From IMG/VR virus record IMGVR_UViG_3300009093_000003, positions 1 through 64,000 of that record: a stretch of DNA of 64,000 bases, one strand, 5' to 3'. Of the stretch, positions 37,132 through 47,053 are shown piece after piece (within the stretch, counting starts at the first letter, position 1; the number at the start of each line of letters is the position of its first letter). The position numbers and the translations under genes are program-made. Origin of the DNA: a virus. The notes beneath the pieces are model-generated. The model saw only the letters and a program-made list of their open reading frames with translations, did no database searches and had not been told where the DNA came from.

Positions 37132-40100
37132 TCACATTGTAAGGCAAATAATTTGTATTGTTGTCGGGTCGTTAACCGTTCCAGTAAAAGTAAGAAAATA
37201 GTCGTTCGGGCCGGTATATAAAACTGAACTAACCTGTACACCGCCAACGAATAGCGCTAAATACGTGTGTCCAGGGAAAGACGGTGTGCCAGTACCGGTT
37301 ACCTTTACGGTTAACCCTGCTCCGCCTGTGGTTGTATATGCAGCATAAATACGCTGCCCGTTGCTCATAGGGAAGCCTGCAAATACCGGTGTGCCCGAAC
37401 AGGTGCCGTTGGCTACCGCCGAAATACCAACGTTGTACTGGCTGTAGATACTGTAGTTACCTGCCGCAGCCGCTAAGGTTGTCGCCGTAAACGTCCCGGT
37501 TTGCGCACCTATGGTCAATGTTGTGCTTACCGAGGTTGAATTGCTTGCACTGGTGGTAAGCCGCACCTGTATACTGTCCCCGGCTACCGTTGTGCCGGCC
37601 GCGCTTGTCCATGCACCACCATTGATGCTGTATTGTCCGCTGCCGCCCGATATGCTAATCGGTACAGCAATATTCGGCCCCGATACCGTCACGTTGTTGA
37701 TACTTGGCTCCACGGTATTCAATGGCTGCCCTGTGATCGCTATGAAGCTAAAAGGATTTACCGTTGTATCACCCGCTATCCAGTTTAAACAATTGTTGAT
37801 TGTGGTTAACGAGCCGCCAGGGGGAGTGAAACTAAACATCGCTGTATCGCCGCCGCTATAGCCCGGCGTTGGGGTATAGGTAACAACCCCGGTAGCGCCG
37901 TTATAGCTTGCGGTGCAATGCGCACCGTTAGGCGTAGCCGAAACATCGCCGGGGGTAATGACATAGCTATTAAATGGGTTCCAATCGGCCAGCGTGAACG
38001 GGAAAAAGAAAAGTTGTCCACCGTCTGCCTCAATGGTTAATACCGCTTCTTCGTAATAATCACTATAGTAAAAATTTATACGTTTTCCCTGTGAGTACGC
38101 CAGTTGCAATAGGTTCTGAAAAAACTTCGTCATTTTACCGCTTATCGGCTCTATCCGGCCTGCAACAATACGGTAAGGCAATGATTTATTAGGGTCAATA
38201 AAATACATGGTACTATATCGCCTGCAATATGCCTTTGTTAAGCCTATGCCAACGTTTTCGTTATCGTACCGCCCGTTATTAAGCAATATTGAACTTATGG
38301 ACTGGCCTGTAAGTTCATCGTTCAATACCGTATACGCTTCATTAACCGGTATCCTGAAAACGCCTAATTCCTGCAATACCCATAGTTCCTGCCCCACTTG
38401 GTCCATAATTTGAATACCGCCCTTGCTTGATGATGTTTGCCCGTTATTGTTGCCGTAAATATGCGCGGGATAAGCCCTGTTTAGCCCGTTTATGCGGCTC
38501 CCCAAAACATATGGCTGCCCGGTAATTATCAGCGCCTGTTGCTCGCTTTGCTCAAGCACATCATAATAGGTTCGTACCCGCCCATAGGAATGATAGTTCG
38601 ATTGGTAAAAGTCACTGTAATTTAAGTCTGTTGCCAAAACGCCTATCGGTGGATTTGTATATGGCTTTATCGGGTCAGGGAACTGCCTGGTCTTATAATA
38701 AGCGCCTACGCTAATATTAAATGCAGTTTGGGTAATTACGCCGTTTACAACCGGTATCGGTTCACCGATCTCAAACCACTCTGTGGTGTTAAGCGCAGTG
38801 CTTGCCGTGGCTGATTGCGGCGCAAGGGAATAAAGCCGCATAAATATTGCCCGGCCATCGATCTGAAAACCGTTGTAATAAATATGCCCGTTGTTAAATG
38901 TGAACGCTGCTGAATTTTCAACCTTTACCAAATAAGTCCCGGCATCATAGCCTAAAACGGCTAAGTCAACACACGGCTGATTGAAAAAGTTGTTCCCATT
39001 GGTTACTAAGGATACGATTGTTAATGACCATCCGGTGCCGCCTGTTACCGTTCCTGTGAGCACATCACCCACGGTATAGCCACTCCCAGCGGTGGTTATC
39101 ACAACGCCTGTTACAACGTTCCCGGCCACTGTTACCGTGCCTATCGCGCCAGTCCCGGTACCGCCTGTCAATGATACGTTAGTGTATGTTCCATTAGTGT
39201 ATCCGGTTCCGGGTGTAATGCTAAAGGTATTTACAGCGCCGATAGATGCGATCCAGTAATGCAGCGTACACCTGTCGCCAGGCGCAAAGTCATACACCAA
39301 ATTGGTGCTTACTCCCTGCTGTGAATATTCGGCGTTTAATAGCGATAATGAGTTGAGGCTAAAAACCAGTATGCCGCCCTCTGCCGTAGCAAGATTGCCG
39401 AATGTCTTTGGTAGGACAGCGTAGTATTGCCCCGCTTCCGCACCTCCGGTAGTCCCGCCCACATTGGTAATGTAGTCACCCGTATTATAGGTATCATTAT
39501 GCCCAAGGTTAGTGTAATCCGCTCCGGCCACGACAAGGTTTGCCGGGCTTGCCGGGGTTGTTATTTGGTAGGTGTCGCCAATGTTCCCGCTATTTATAGC
39601 CAAACCGGGGCTATTGGTACGCGCATCCCAGCTGCCCTTAAATGTTACCAGGGTAGAGATAACATCCAAAACCTTCAATACGTTTGGCTTAGTAACCATT
39701 ATCTGCCCGAAAGCCGCGCCTGCCGGGGCTGCTGTTGTATTTATAGTAAAGTTTAGTTGTGTGGCATTACCGTTCTGCTGCGCGTATGAGGGTAATGTAA
39801 CTATATTGCTGTTGTCTGTTGTTACCGGCATTGGCCTCATCTTATAGTCGAACCAGCCTATTGCCGTTTGTACCGAGCAATTGTCAAGCATGGTCGGTAT
39901 GGAGTTGGCTACCGAAGCACCGGCGAAATAAAGTTCTACCGAAAAGGTTTGCAACCCGAAATATGGTGCATCCGTCCAAAATATCTGGTAGCCCCCGCCC
40001 GGCGCTGTTTGATAACTACCGCTCAATGTTTCTGCAATAGAGGTCACCACGGCCAGTAAATTGCCATCCTGCGCTATCGGTACAGTATATGAAAAATTTC

Positions 40101-41427
40101 TTATGGAGCTTGCGTTTCTGATGTCTGCATCAATAATAACCACCACGTCATTTGTATGCGGCGTACCCGTTAAAATTATCCACATATTCCTGCGATGGTT
40201 CCCGGCGCCGCTACCTGATGCACCGGGGAATGATGGGCCTGCCGTCAGCGGATCGGGATAGGTATTTGCCGGGATAGCAATATTCGGATTATAGCCAACA
40301 CCGGCCACGGTAACAGGCGTAACGGGGCGTGGATAAAGCATTTTCCAGTCGCCCAAAGCCGGGATATTGCCGTTAAGCAGCGCCCCCGCGTTCGCCGGCC
40401 ATATCACATCATAAAGCAGGTCGGTAAAATTACTGTCAACCGGTATGGTAACAGTATTGTTGTAAAACGTAAAATAATAGGTACTTGTGCCGGGGTCGTA
40501 TGCCTCGTGTATTTCTGTAGATACGTCAACCTGCGTATTAGGCAATGATTTTATGTAAGCAACATCAACCGATTTTATGATTTGGAACTGGCCGCTGTCA
40601 TCAAACTGCATAGCAACGTTAATGGTTACCAACCGGGTTGACCAAAGTTGAACGGCTACCACGATGTAATTATTTTGCGATACCGCCGCGCCAAGCGTTG
40701 GGGTATTTTCCTGGTATGGCGTAAACCGCTTGCCGCGCGTGCCCGGCGCTGAATAGTTAAAGTCAGCATTTATTCCATAAACTAAAAACTGCGGTAGCTT
40801 TGAAAAAAGCAGGTTTGCGGGTTGCCCCAGGTCGCTGCCGTAACCGGATGTAATCACGTCAGGGCTTGTGGCATTGGGAACAGGCACAATAGGTGCCATA
40901 TTCTGCGGTTTTAACAGTGATAAATCTTCCCATATCACTGTCGGGCCATAATCACCTGCAGCCAGCGTTTGCAAGTTGCAATAACCCACTTCAAGGTCTT
41001 TAGCCCACCATATCAAATAAGTTTTATTGATTAAAATTGCTGTTACCTGGTTCTGCGGGTTGAGTGGTAATAATGTTGCGCCACCGCTATCGGTAATATC
41101 GGTGTAAATAACGCTGTAGGTATTGGTTGCGTTGCTGTAAAGGATTATTTGGCAGTTCCCGGCACTGTTGTAACGAAAACCAACAATTTCTCCAACGTCA
41201 TCAAATTTTCCGCCGCCAATGACCGAATTTATGCCGGGAAGTAAAGATCCGGAAAGTTCAATGGTTGATTCAATATTTGTGTCGTAGCCTAACTCTTGGC
41301 CTTTCGTCCCTACGTTTCTCAAATTGACACGACTGACGGCATCGCGCGGGTCGATGTCTTCAAATGCACTTTCGGTGTCCATGCCACCGGCATTTCCAGT
41401 TCGCTTGTAATTGTCGGTTTGAGCCAA
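37132..41427 (-). CDS. tail stabilization / muzzle protein (crAss-like; P22 gp10 analogue)
   Basis: N-terminal GGMDTE...D..A.N.R motif, 1431 aa, beta-rich, follows ring genes; TTG start. Confidence 0.72.
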   Translation of the reverse strand: MAQTDNYKRTGNAGGMDTESAFEDIDPRDAVSRVNLRNVGTKGQELGYDTNIESTIELSGSLLPGINSVIGGGKFDDVGEIVGFRYNSAGNCQIILYSNATNTYSVIYTDITDSGGATLLPLNPQNQVTAILINKTYLIWWAKDLEVGYCNLQTLAAGDYGPTVIWEDLSLLKPQNMAPIVPVPNATSPDVITSGYGSDLGQPANLLFSKLPQFLVYGINADFNYSAPGTRGKRFTPYQENTPTLGAAVSQNNYIVVAVQLWSTRLVTINVAMQFDDSGQFQIIKSVDVAYIKSLPNTQVDVSTEIHEAYDPGTSTYYFTFYNNTVTIPVDSNFTDLLYDVIWPANAGALLNGNIPALGDWKMLYPRPVTPVTVAGVGYNPNIAIPANTYPDPLTAGPSFPGASGSGAGNHRRNMWIILTGTPHTNDVVVIIDADIRNASSIRNFSYTVPIAQDGNLLAVVTSIAETLSGSYQTAPGGGYQIFWTDAPYFGLQTFSVELYFAGASVANSIPTMLDNCSVQTAIGWFDYKMRPMPVTTDNSNIVTLPSYAQQNGNATQLNFTINTTAAPAGAAFGQIMVTKPNVLKVLDVISTLVTFKGSWDARTNSPGLAINSGNIGDTYQITTPASPANLVVAGADYTNLGHNDTYNTGDYITNVGGTTGGAEAGQYYAVLPKTFGNLATAEGGILVFSLNSLSLLNAEYSQQGVSTNLVYDFAPGDRCTLHYWIASIGAVNTFSITPGTGYTNGTYTNVSLTGGTGTGAIGTVTVAGNVVTGVVITTAGSGYTVGDVLTGTVTGGTGWSLTIVSLVTNGNNFFNQPCVDLAVLGYDAGTYLVKVENSAAFTFNNGHIYYNGFQIDGRAIFMRLYSLAPQSATASTALNTTEWFEIGEPIPVVNGVITQTAFNISVGAYYKTRQFPDPIKPYTNPPIGVLATDLNYSDFYQSNYHSYGRVRTYYDVLEQSEQQALIITGQPYVLGSRINGLNRAYPAHIYGNNNGQTSSSKGGIQIMDQVGQELWVLQELGVFRIPVNEAYTVLNDELTGQSISSILLNNGRYDNENVGIGLTKAYCRRYSTMYFIDPNKSLPYRIVAGRIEPISGKMTKFFQNLLQLAYSQGKRINFYYSDYYEEAVLTIEADGGQLFFFPFTLADWNPFNSYVITPGDVSATPNGAHCTASYNGATGVVTYTPTPGYSGGDTAMFSFTPPGGSLTTINNCLNWIAGDTTVNPFSFIAITGQPLNTVEPSINNVTVSGPNIAVPISISGGSGQYSINGGAWTSAAGTTVAGDSIQVRLTTSASNSTSVSTTLTIGAQTGTFTATTLAAAAGNYSIYSQYNVGISAVANGTCSGTPVFAGFPMSNGQRIYAAYTTTGGAGLTVKVTGTGTPSFPGHTYLALFVGGVQVSSVLYTGPNDYFLTFTGTVNDPTTIQIICLTM

Positions 41428-41485
41428 TTTATTTTTTATTATATTTGTGGACTTTTGTATTTCATTTTAATACTTAGTGTTGTAT

Positions 41486-41520
41486 AAAAAGCCCGATTTG
41501 CGAGAAAGAGGGCTTTTTTT
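41486..41520. terminator. bidirectional terminator-like hairpin
   Basis: AAAAAGCCC...GGGCTTTTT. Confidence 0.65.
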
Positions 41521-42292
41521 ATGCCCTTGCTACTAATTTGGTATGGTATCGAAAAACTTTTTCCATTTCTGAAATCCTAACGGGATTTAGCCTTAATTTT
41601 GCCATTTTCTTCTCACGTGCGAAATCCAATCGCAACCTCTCTTTTTCACCACCACTAACACCCTTTTTGTCGATGTTATCTTTCCACCGTAGCCATGCCA
41701 TAAAAGCATCGGCGGCAAAAGTATGTATCATATACTGATTACAGTCACAGTCAAAGCCATTGGTCAAATACTCCACTAAAATACTATCGAACGGGAAGCC
41801 GGGATTAATAAGAAAACACCTTGCATTATCGTCAACGCTAAACTCACCGTAGCGCGGTGCGCCGCCGCCAAAACCATACAAATGATAATATTCGCTCCCA
41901 TCCTGGTAGTTGAGCCAAAACAAAGGCCATCCGGGCGCGCTTAATTGATCGATAAAGCCGGGAATGGTAGGTACACCCACCTGGCTATTTTGAGAGGCTA
42001 TAAACGCCTGTTTTATGGGTATAATATCCTCATTGTGCCATAGTGGTCCACCTTCGCCACACTCGTTGACAATGCCAACCATTGCATAATCCAAATAATC
42101 TGATGGAAAAGGAACTGTACCGTTAGAGTTTATTTGGAGCAATTGAGTACGAAACGAGCCAGTAACATCCATCTGAAATTTGCGCATACCCTGTAAACGT
42201 GCAATATTATACAGGCGGATAAAACGATCAGAACCTTCGTCTTTTGAGCCCAAATACTCCATTACCAATTGCTTAACGCTGATTTTACTCAT
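41519..42292 (-). CDS. tail ring / tubular protein
   Basis: Size and position; PFPSDYLDY beta-insert typical of ring proteins. Confidence 0.65.
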   Translation of the reverse strand: MSKISVKQLVMEYLGSKDEGSDRFIRLYNIARLQGMRKFQMDVTGSFRTQLLQINSNGTVPFPSDYLDYAMVGIVNECGEGGPLWHNEDIIPIKQAFIASQNSQVGVPTIPGFIDQLSAPGWPLFWLNYQDGSEYYHLYGFGGGAPRYGEFSVDDNARCFLINPGFPFDSILVEYLTNGFDCDCNQYMIHTFAADAFMAWLRWKDNIDKKGVSGGEKERLRLDFAREKKMAKLRLNPVRISEMEKVFRYHTKLVARA

Positions 42293-42933
42293 GATACTGG
42301 CTCCCCTGTTGAAATATTTTGTTGTTGTATCTTGTAATCCATTGCAAGTTCATTAAGGAGTTCAAGCATAATATCATCCTGTACGTCCTTTGGAACGTTT
42401 AGCACACTGTCAAGTATAGTCGTTCCCGGTGGGACTGCACCGACTAACTTCATATTTACCGGCCCAGTTATAATCGACGGTAAGTTTTCAAAAACGATAT
42501 TGCCATTTTCAACTTTAAAAAGCTGTATCCCCTCTTGCGCCGGGATTGGTGGCAATCCATTTTGCATAAACTCATACCGATTGCTCATCGGCACACACCA
42601 CACGTTAGGATAGCCCGTAAATGATATTTGCGCTATTTCCCGCCCTAATGGTAGCCCGGCTGGCGTGGCCGGCATAACAGCGTATTTGTTCCCCGTGGAA
42701 CTATCGGTGAGCAATGGGCAGTTGTTGAAAACACTTATAAATTGGTCATTCGCGTAGGTGGCCTCTGATAAATTTGAATTGCCATAGGCTGATTTTACCG
42801 CTGCTTTAGCAACCTTCATCGCTGTGCGTTCGGCAATAAAACGCTCACTTATTCCCGATTCTGCCGTGGGATAAGCATCGTAATGCGCCTTTATGACGAT
42901 CTGGCTAAACTTACGGTAGGTTACTTGTGCCAT
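42289..42933 (-). CDS. tail ring / tubular protein
   Basis: 214 aa; coupled between two ring genes. Confidence 0.6.
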   Translation of the reverse strand: MAQVTYRKFSQIVIKAHYDAYPTAESGISERFIAERTAMKVAKAAVKSAYGNSNLSEATYANDQFISVFNNCPLLTDSSTGNKYAVMPATPAGLPLGREIAQISFTGYPNVWCVPMSNRYEFMQNGLPPIPAQEGIQLFKVENGNIVFENLPSIITGPVNMKLVGAVPPGTTILDSVLNVPKDVQDDIMLELLNELAMDYKIQQQNISTGEPVS

Positions 42934-44102
42934 TATTGTTGTGTTTGTGCTGATTTTTCAGCGAAACTCGTTAATTCCTTATCACGCGCCGAAATTGCGG
43001 CATCGGCAAGCGCTATATCAATAATTGTACTGATATCATCATTATTCCACTTTGGCTGCACTGACGTGTTCGGGTCATATATCGGTCTTATTGAACCAGG
43101 CACAAGGCTTGACACAGTTATTGAAAAGCCTGAACCAGTCCCGCCAATATTGCCGTTTGAGGCTGATAAAGTGTCCCCGTTTTTATAAATCTTTCCCGGA
43201 TTGGTAAGCGTAACGCTTGTTACCGCATTGCCCGAAACTACGATTGTTGCCAATGCGCCATTCCCGGCGCCGCCAGTTAACGGAACGTTAGTGTATGTAC
43301 CATTAGTGTACAAACTGCCGCCTACAAGCCCGGTCAGTGTTGCAATATAGCCGTTTAGTGTGTAGCCCCAAAAAGACCAAACCGGCTGCTGCAAGTAAAC
43401 CATTTTTACCACACCAACATTTATGGGGTAAAAACCAAAATAATCGGCATATTGCGTATAAATGGCAAATTCCTGCGTTGGCGGTTCAAACTCGCTTGAA
43501 AGATGCTTGGCAATTTTATTCTTTTCTACACGCTCTATGGCTTTATCGGTTGTGCTATTCAGTGTATTAACCACCAATCCCCACCCGGTGCCGGTCAAAC
43601 CTAACGTAGCCTGTAATGCGTCTGTAATGGCATATCCTGTCCCTAACTTAGTAAATATCACCGTTGTCACCGCGCCATCTGCCACAATAACGTTAGCTAC
43701 CGCCCCGGTGCCTGTTCCGCCATCAAGTTCAACATCGGTATAAGTGCCGTCAGTATAACCGCTGCCTGGTACAATGGTTATGGTGCCTATTACGCCAGTA
43801 TCGGGTTGCGGGAGATAAGAACTTAGGCTATCCACATGAAGCAAATTCATGTCTGTAAAAAATGGCAGTTTCCCCGTAGCGTCAACCTGTAGCCAAAGCG
43901 GATCACTCATCCACTTGCTGATACTGTCGCTTATTGTTTGCTTGCGGTAGTACTCATCATACCGGGTATTGAAAAACTTTAATTCAGCGCTCTGCCAAAA
44001 CCTATTGAATTTATCAGGCGTTACGTTTGACGACACGCCGCGCGTCCCCGCCCGGTCGTTAAAAAGTTTTTTGGCGTCATCAATGTTGTATTGCACTGGC
44101 AT
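42933..44102 (-). CDS. tail ring protein with two inserted G/T-rich (GTYT) domains
   Basis: TPDKFNRF..AEL..FN N-terminus, YLQQP..W core; ATG 44102 just after TATCTTTG. Confidence 0.68.
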   Translation of the reverse strand: MPVQYNIDDAKKLFNDRAGTRGVSSNVTPDKFNRFWQSAELKFFNTRYDEYYRKQTISDSISKWMSDPLWLQVDATGKLPFFTDMNLLHVDSLSSYLPQPDTGVIGTITIVPGSGYTDGTYTDVELDGGTGTGAVANVIVADGAVTTVIFTKLGTGYAITDALQATLGLTGTGWGLVVNTLNSTTDKAIERVEKNKIAKHLSSEFEPPTQEFAIYTQYADYFGFYPINVGVVKMVYLQQPVWSFWGYTLNGYIATLTGLVGGSLYTNGTYTNVPLTGGAGNGALATIVVSGNAVTSVTLTNPGKIYKNGDTLSASNGNIGGTGSGFSITVSSLVPGSIRPIYDPNTSVQPKWNNDDISTIIDIALADAAISARDKELTSFAEKSAQTQQ

Positions 44103-44141
44103 GCTCAAAGATATAAAATAAAATTATTGATTTTGTCAAAA

Positions 44142-44168
44142 TAAAAGAGGGGGCAACCAACCCCCTCT
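44142..44168 (-). terminator. rho-independent terminator of capsid operon
   Basis: AGAGGGGG-loop-CCCCCTCT + T-rich tail on minus strand. Confidence 0.8.
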
Positions 44169-44199
44169 CAACCAATTTATAAACCTAAATTATGAACAT

Positions 44200-44505
44200 T
44201 TAATACAATCCTGCTTCGGTGTCAAGTTGCTTTTCGTATACCGGGTCGATACCAACCCGCACCTTCAACTTTTTGTACGCCGATAACAATTGGTCATACT
44301 TCGCTTGTGTTACCGTCACTGGCGGTTCTTCCGTTGACGCTTGTTCTGCGGGTGGCGCTGGAGGTTCGGGTGTTTCTTCAACGGGTGTGTCAACTACCGG
44401 CGTTTCAACCGGGTCCTGCGCCAACGTTTCGTCAACAACCGCTGGTTGCTCCGGTGCTACATATCCCGGATCTCCGGGCAATAAATTTCCTTGTTCGTCT
44501 GGCAT
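44200..44505 (-). CDS. Pro/acidic-rich small protein
   Basis: 101 aa ORF in capsid operon. Confidence 0.65.
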   Translation of the reverse strand: MPDEQGNLLPGDPGYVAPEQPAVVDETLAQDPVETPVVDTPVEETPEPPAPPAEQASTEEPPVTVTQAKYDQLLSAYKKLKVRVGIDPVYEKQLDTEAGLY

Positions 44506-44513
44506 GGCTTTTA

Positions 44514-45629
44514 TTATTTAATTTCTGTTTCCAATTGTTCCAATAACTCCAACACCACCTTTTCCTTGTCAATAGCCCTGGAGGCTATCTCATCGGCAAC
44601 CGATATTTTGCCTTCAAGCTCAAAAATAGGCGCTTCCAACTTTGCCCAGCTTAACTTGCCGGGATATTGCTCTGTCGATAATATCCCGCGTAACAAGCCC
44701 TGATTTACCAAATACTTGATTTTGGTAGTCGGGTTGTTGATGATCGCGGCAAACTGCTGCAACGCCTCTTTCGCCTTAGCATTGCGCGGGTCGTACTTGG
44801 CTTTGGCAAGAAAAGCATATTTTATCCTGTTTAAGCCTGCCGGGGTGGTATCATCGATGTTTATACCCATCAGTGACGATACGGCAAGCATTTCGGTAAC
44901 AGTGCAATTTCTTGCCTGTGTCATTGTCCTGTACGCAATATCATCAATGTCGTTGCCTTCCTCAATAATAACATCCGGGTTATTGAGTTTAAAGCATTCG
45001 ATAGGCGGGCGCCTTGTGCGTGGCTTAGGATTGTCAATATTGTAGTCGGAAAGGGTCAGCGCCTGTATGGTCAGTTGCCCGTTAGCGTCGCCGCGAACAA
45101 GCAATTTGCCGTCCTTAAATTCAAGGTCGTTCCCGGCATCGCCGAGCATCCGGTCAATTTCTTCTTTTTCGTAGTCCTTCAATTCGGGCTGTTCGCTTAC
45201 AAAGCAACCGGGTTGCCCCTGTATGTATCGCCATTTCTCCCAATCGCCTTTGCCGCCTTTCGCTGCGGGGTTCCAGGAAATGCCCTGGTTAGGGAATGAG
45301 GTTGAAGCCCGGTACCCGGTGCCAATAGGCAGCCCGGTGGCTTTATCTACCGGCCTGTTGTTGTTTCGTATTTCTTCGGGGATATTGAGCTCAAACTCAT
45401 AAAGTTTATCCTCTTGTACTACGATCTGGCCTTTCTTCGGGCGGTACGGGGCAATTTCTGCTACTGTGGCTTCCATATTTTTTTTTATTGGTTGTTGTAC
45501 TTGTGGCTGGTGCATCGGCGGCGTTGGTGCGACTGGCGTTGCTACAATGCCCTTACGCTGCTCTGCCATTCTCGCATAATGCGCCAACTGCTTTTCAGAC
45601 GGTGCTTTTTTTTCTTTTGTTGCTGGCAT
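44514..45629 (-). CDS. conserved head-module protein downstream of MCP
   Basis: 371 aa; RYIQGQPGCFVSEQ...LEFKDGKLLV; position. Confidence 0.6.
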   Translation of the reverse strand: MPATKEKKAPSEKQLAHYARMAEQRKGIVATPVAPTPPMHQPQVQQPIKKNMEATVAEIAPYRPKKGQIVVQEDKLYEFELNIPEEIRNNNRPVDKATGLPIGTGYRASTSFPNQGISWNPAAKGGKGDWEKWRYIQGQPGCFVSEQPELKDYEKEEIDRMLGDAGNDLEFKDGKLLVRGDANGQLTIQALTLSDYNIDNPKPRTRRPPIECFKLNNPDVIIEEGNDIDDIAYRTMTQARNCTVTEMLAVSSLMGINIDDTTPAGLNRIKYAFLAKAKYDPRNAKAKEALQQFAAIINNPTTKIKYLVNQGLLRGILSTEQYPGKLSWAKLEAPIFELEGKISVADEIASRAIDKEKVVLELLEQLETEIK

Positions 45630-45641
45630 ATTATTTTATTA

Positions 45642-45670
45642 AGCTGCCCCCGCTATAATCGGGGGCAGCT
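45642..45670. terminator. strong GC hairpin after MCP (terminator/attenuator)
   Basis: AGCTGCCCCCG-CTATAAT-CGGGGGCAGCT perfect 11-bp stem. Confidence 0.7.
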
Positions 45671-45681
45671 ATTTTTTGTTA

Positions 45682-47028
45682 CTAACCTTTTTTGATATAA
45701 ATACCCTGGTTTGCTCCCTGAAAGGTCAGGCCGGGGTACTCAATCTGTGCGGTGTTTTTCTGCATTGTGCCGGTTTTACCGTTTGCAGAAAGCGCGCCGA
45801 ACTCCCATGCGTACACCATTTGTCCTTCGATCAACTGGAAACGTTTGATAAGCTGCGGCATATCGTTCTTCGACATATCCCCGCTAAGGTCGCGCTTCCC
45901 GGTCGGCAGGATATAACCCGAATTTTGGTTCAGGTTGCCGGCCGCTACCGCGCCGTACATGGTTTCGTCTGAAATCGGTACGTACTTGGTAACAGAAAAC
46001 TCGCGGAACATCGGGGTGTACTTTTTAAAGCCCCGGCGCAGGTCGCTCATATCATACACAATAGCGCCGTTGATGAACTCGTTACCCAACGAAAGGTTAA
46101 AGTCACCGTTTTGGTAAGTGTCCTGCAGCCAGTCCATGCTCATCGGCGCGCCCTGCGCGGATAGTTTACGCTCAATGTCAAAAAAGGTGGACTGCACGTT
46201 GAACGACGGGTAAGTGATATTGATACCGTAGTTCTGTATCCATTGCTTTAAGCCCAGTGTACCGCTATCGGCGGTCATGTTGGTGGCAAGGTTTGAATCC
46301 AGCAGCAGCAATTCGGCTTCCTGTATCCAGCGGTCACGGTCGTTTCTTTTCATCATAGCCATATAATATTGTTGGCCGTTAAAAATAAGGTCGGTTTTCT
46401 CGATCATCGCCAGGTCGGTGATGATGTTGTCAATACGGTGCTGTGTACAGTAATTGATGTATTTGGCAATGTTACGCACCTGCGGGGTGGTGGGTGTTGA
46501 TGCTTCGCCCAAATACTTATACCCACGCGATTGCAGTTCCTGCCCGGCAAGCCCGGCAACATCTGTACCGGCAACGGTAGGGGCAATCACAAAACTAAAG
46601 TTAAAAGGCGTATTGGTATTTACCGAAACAACGTAAGATTCAACGCCGGTTTGCGCATTGTACATCACAAGGCCGGGTGCTGGTATCATACGCGTGCCGT
46701 TGGCAGAGTATGAGCCGGTGGTGATATTTACGGTCGCGGTAGTATTAACGCCGCTTGATGTAAAGTTGGCAGAGGCGGTCACGTAACCTAATGCGCGGCC
46801 AAAATCCTCGTAGTGATAAAATTGTTTGTTGGTTGTCTCTTTGGACTTGATCCTCAACTTGCCGCCGCCCAACTGGACAAGCAGCATATAGGGGTTCCAA
46901 CCGAACTTCTGAAAAAACTCCAGGTGGTTGGTTACATTGATGATATTTAACTCACTGATAAGGGTACTGCCCCTGGTTATATCCGGGGTTGAGTAGCCGT
47001 TGGGAGTGGTTACCGGTACGTTTGGCAT
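45682..47028 (-). CDS. major capsid protein
   Basis: 448 aa after scaffold gene; GTLGLKQWI, terminal EYPGL..QGAN; followed by strong hairpin. Confidence 0.8.
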   Translation of the reverse strand: MPNVPVTTPNGYSTPDITRGSTLISELNIINVTNHLEFFQKFGWNPYMLLVQLGGGKLRIKSKETTNKQFYHYEDFGRALGYVTASANFTSSGVNTTATVNITTGSYSANGTRMIPAPGLVMYNAQTGVESYVVSVNTNTPFNFSFVIAPTVAGTDVAGLAGQELQSRGYKYLGEASTPTTPQVRNIAKYINYCTQHRIDNIITDLAMIEKTDLIFNGQQYYMAMMKRNDRDRWIQEAELLLLDSNLATNMTADSGTLGLKQWIQNYGINITYPSFNVQSTFFDIERKLSAQGAPMSMDWLQDTYQNGDFNLSLGNEFINGAIVYDMSDLRRGFKKYTPMFREFSVTKYVPISDETMYGAVAAGNLNQNSGYILPTGKRDLSGDMSKNDMPQLIKRFQLIEGQMVYAWEFGALSANGKTGTMQKNTAQIEYPGLTFQGANQGIYIKKG

Positions 47029-47053
47029 GACTTTAATTTTTTAAATAAGTGAT

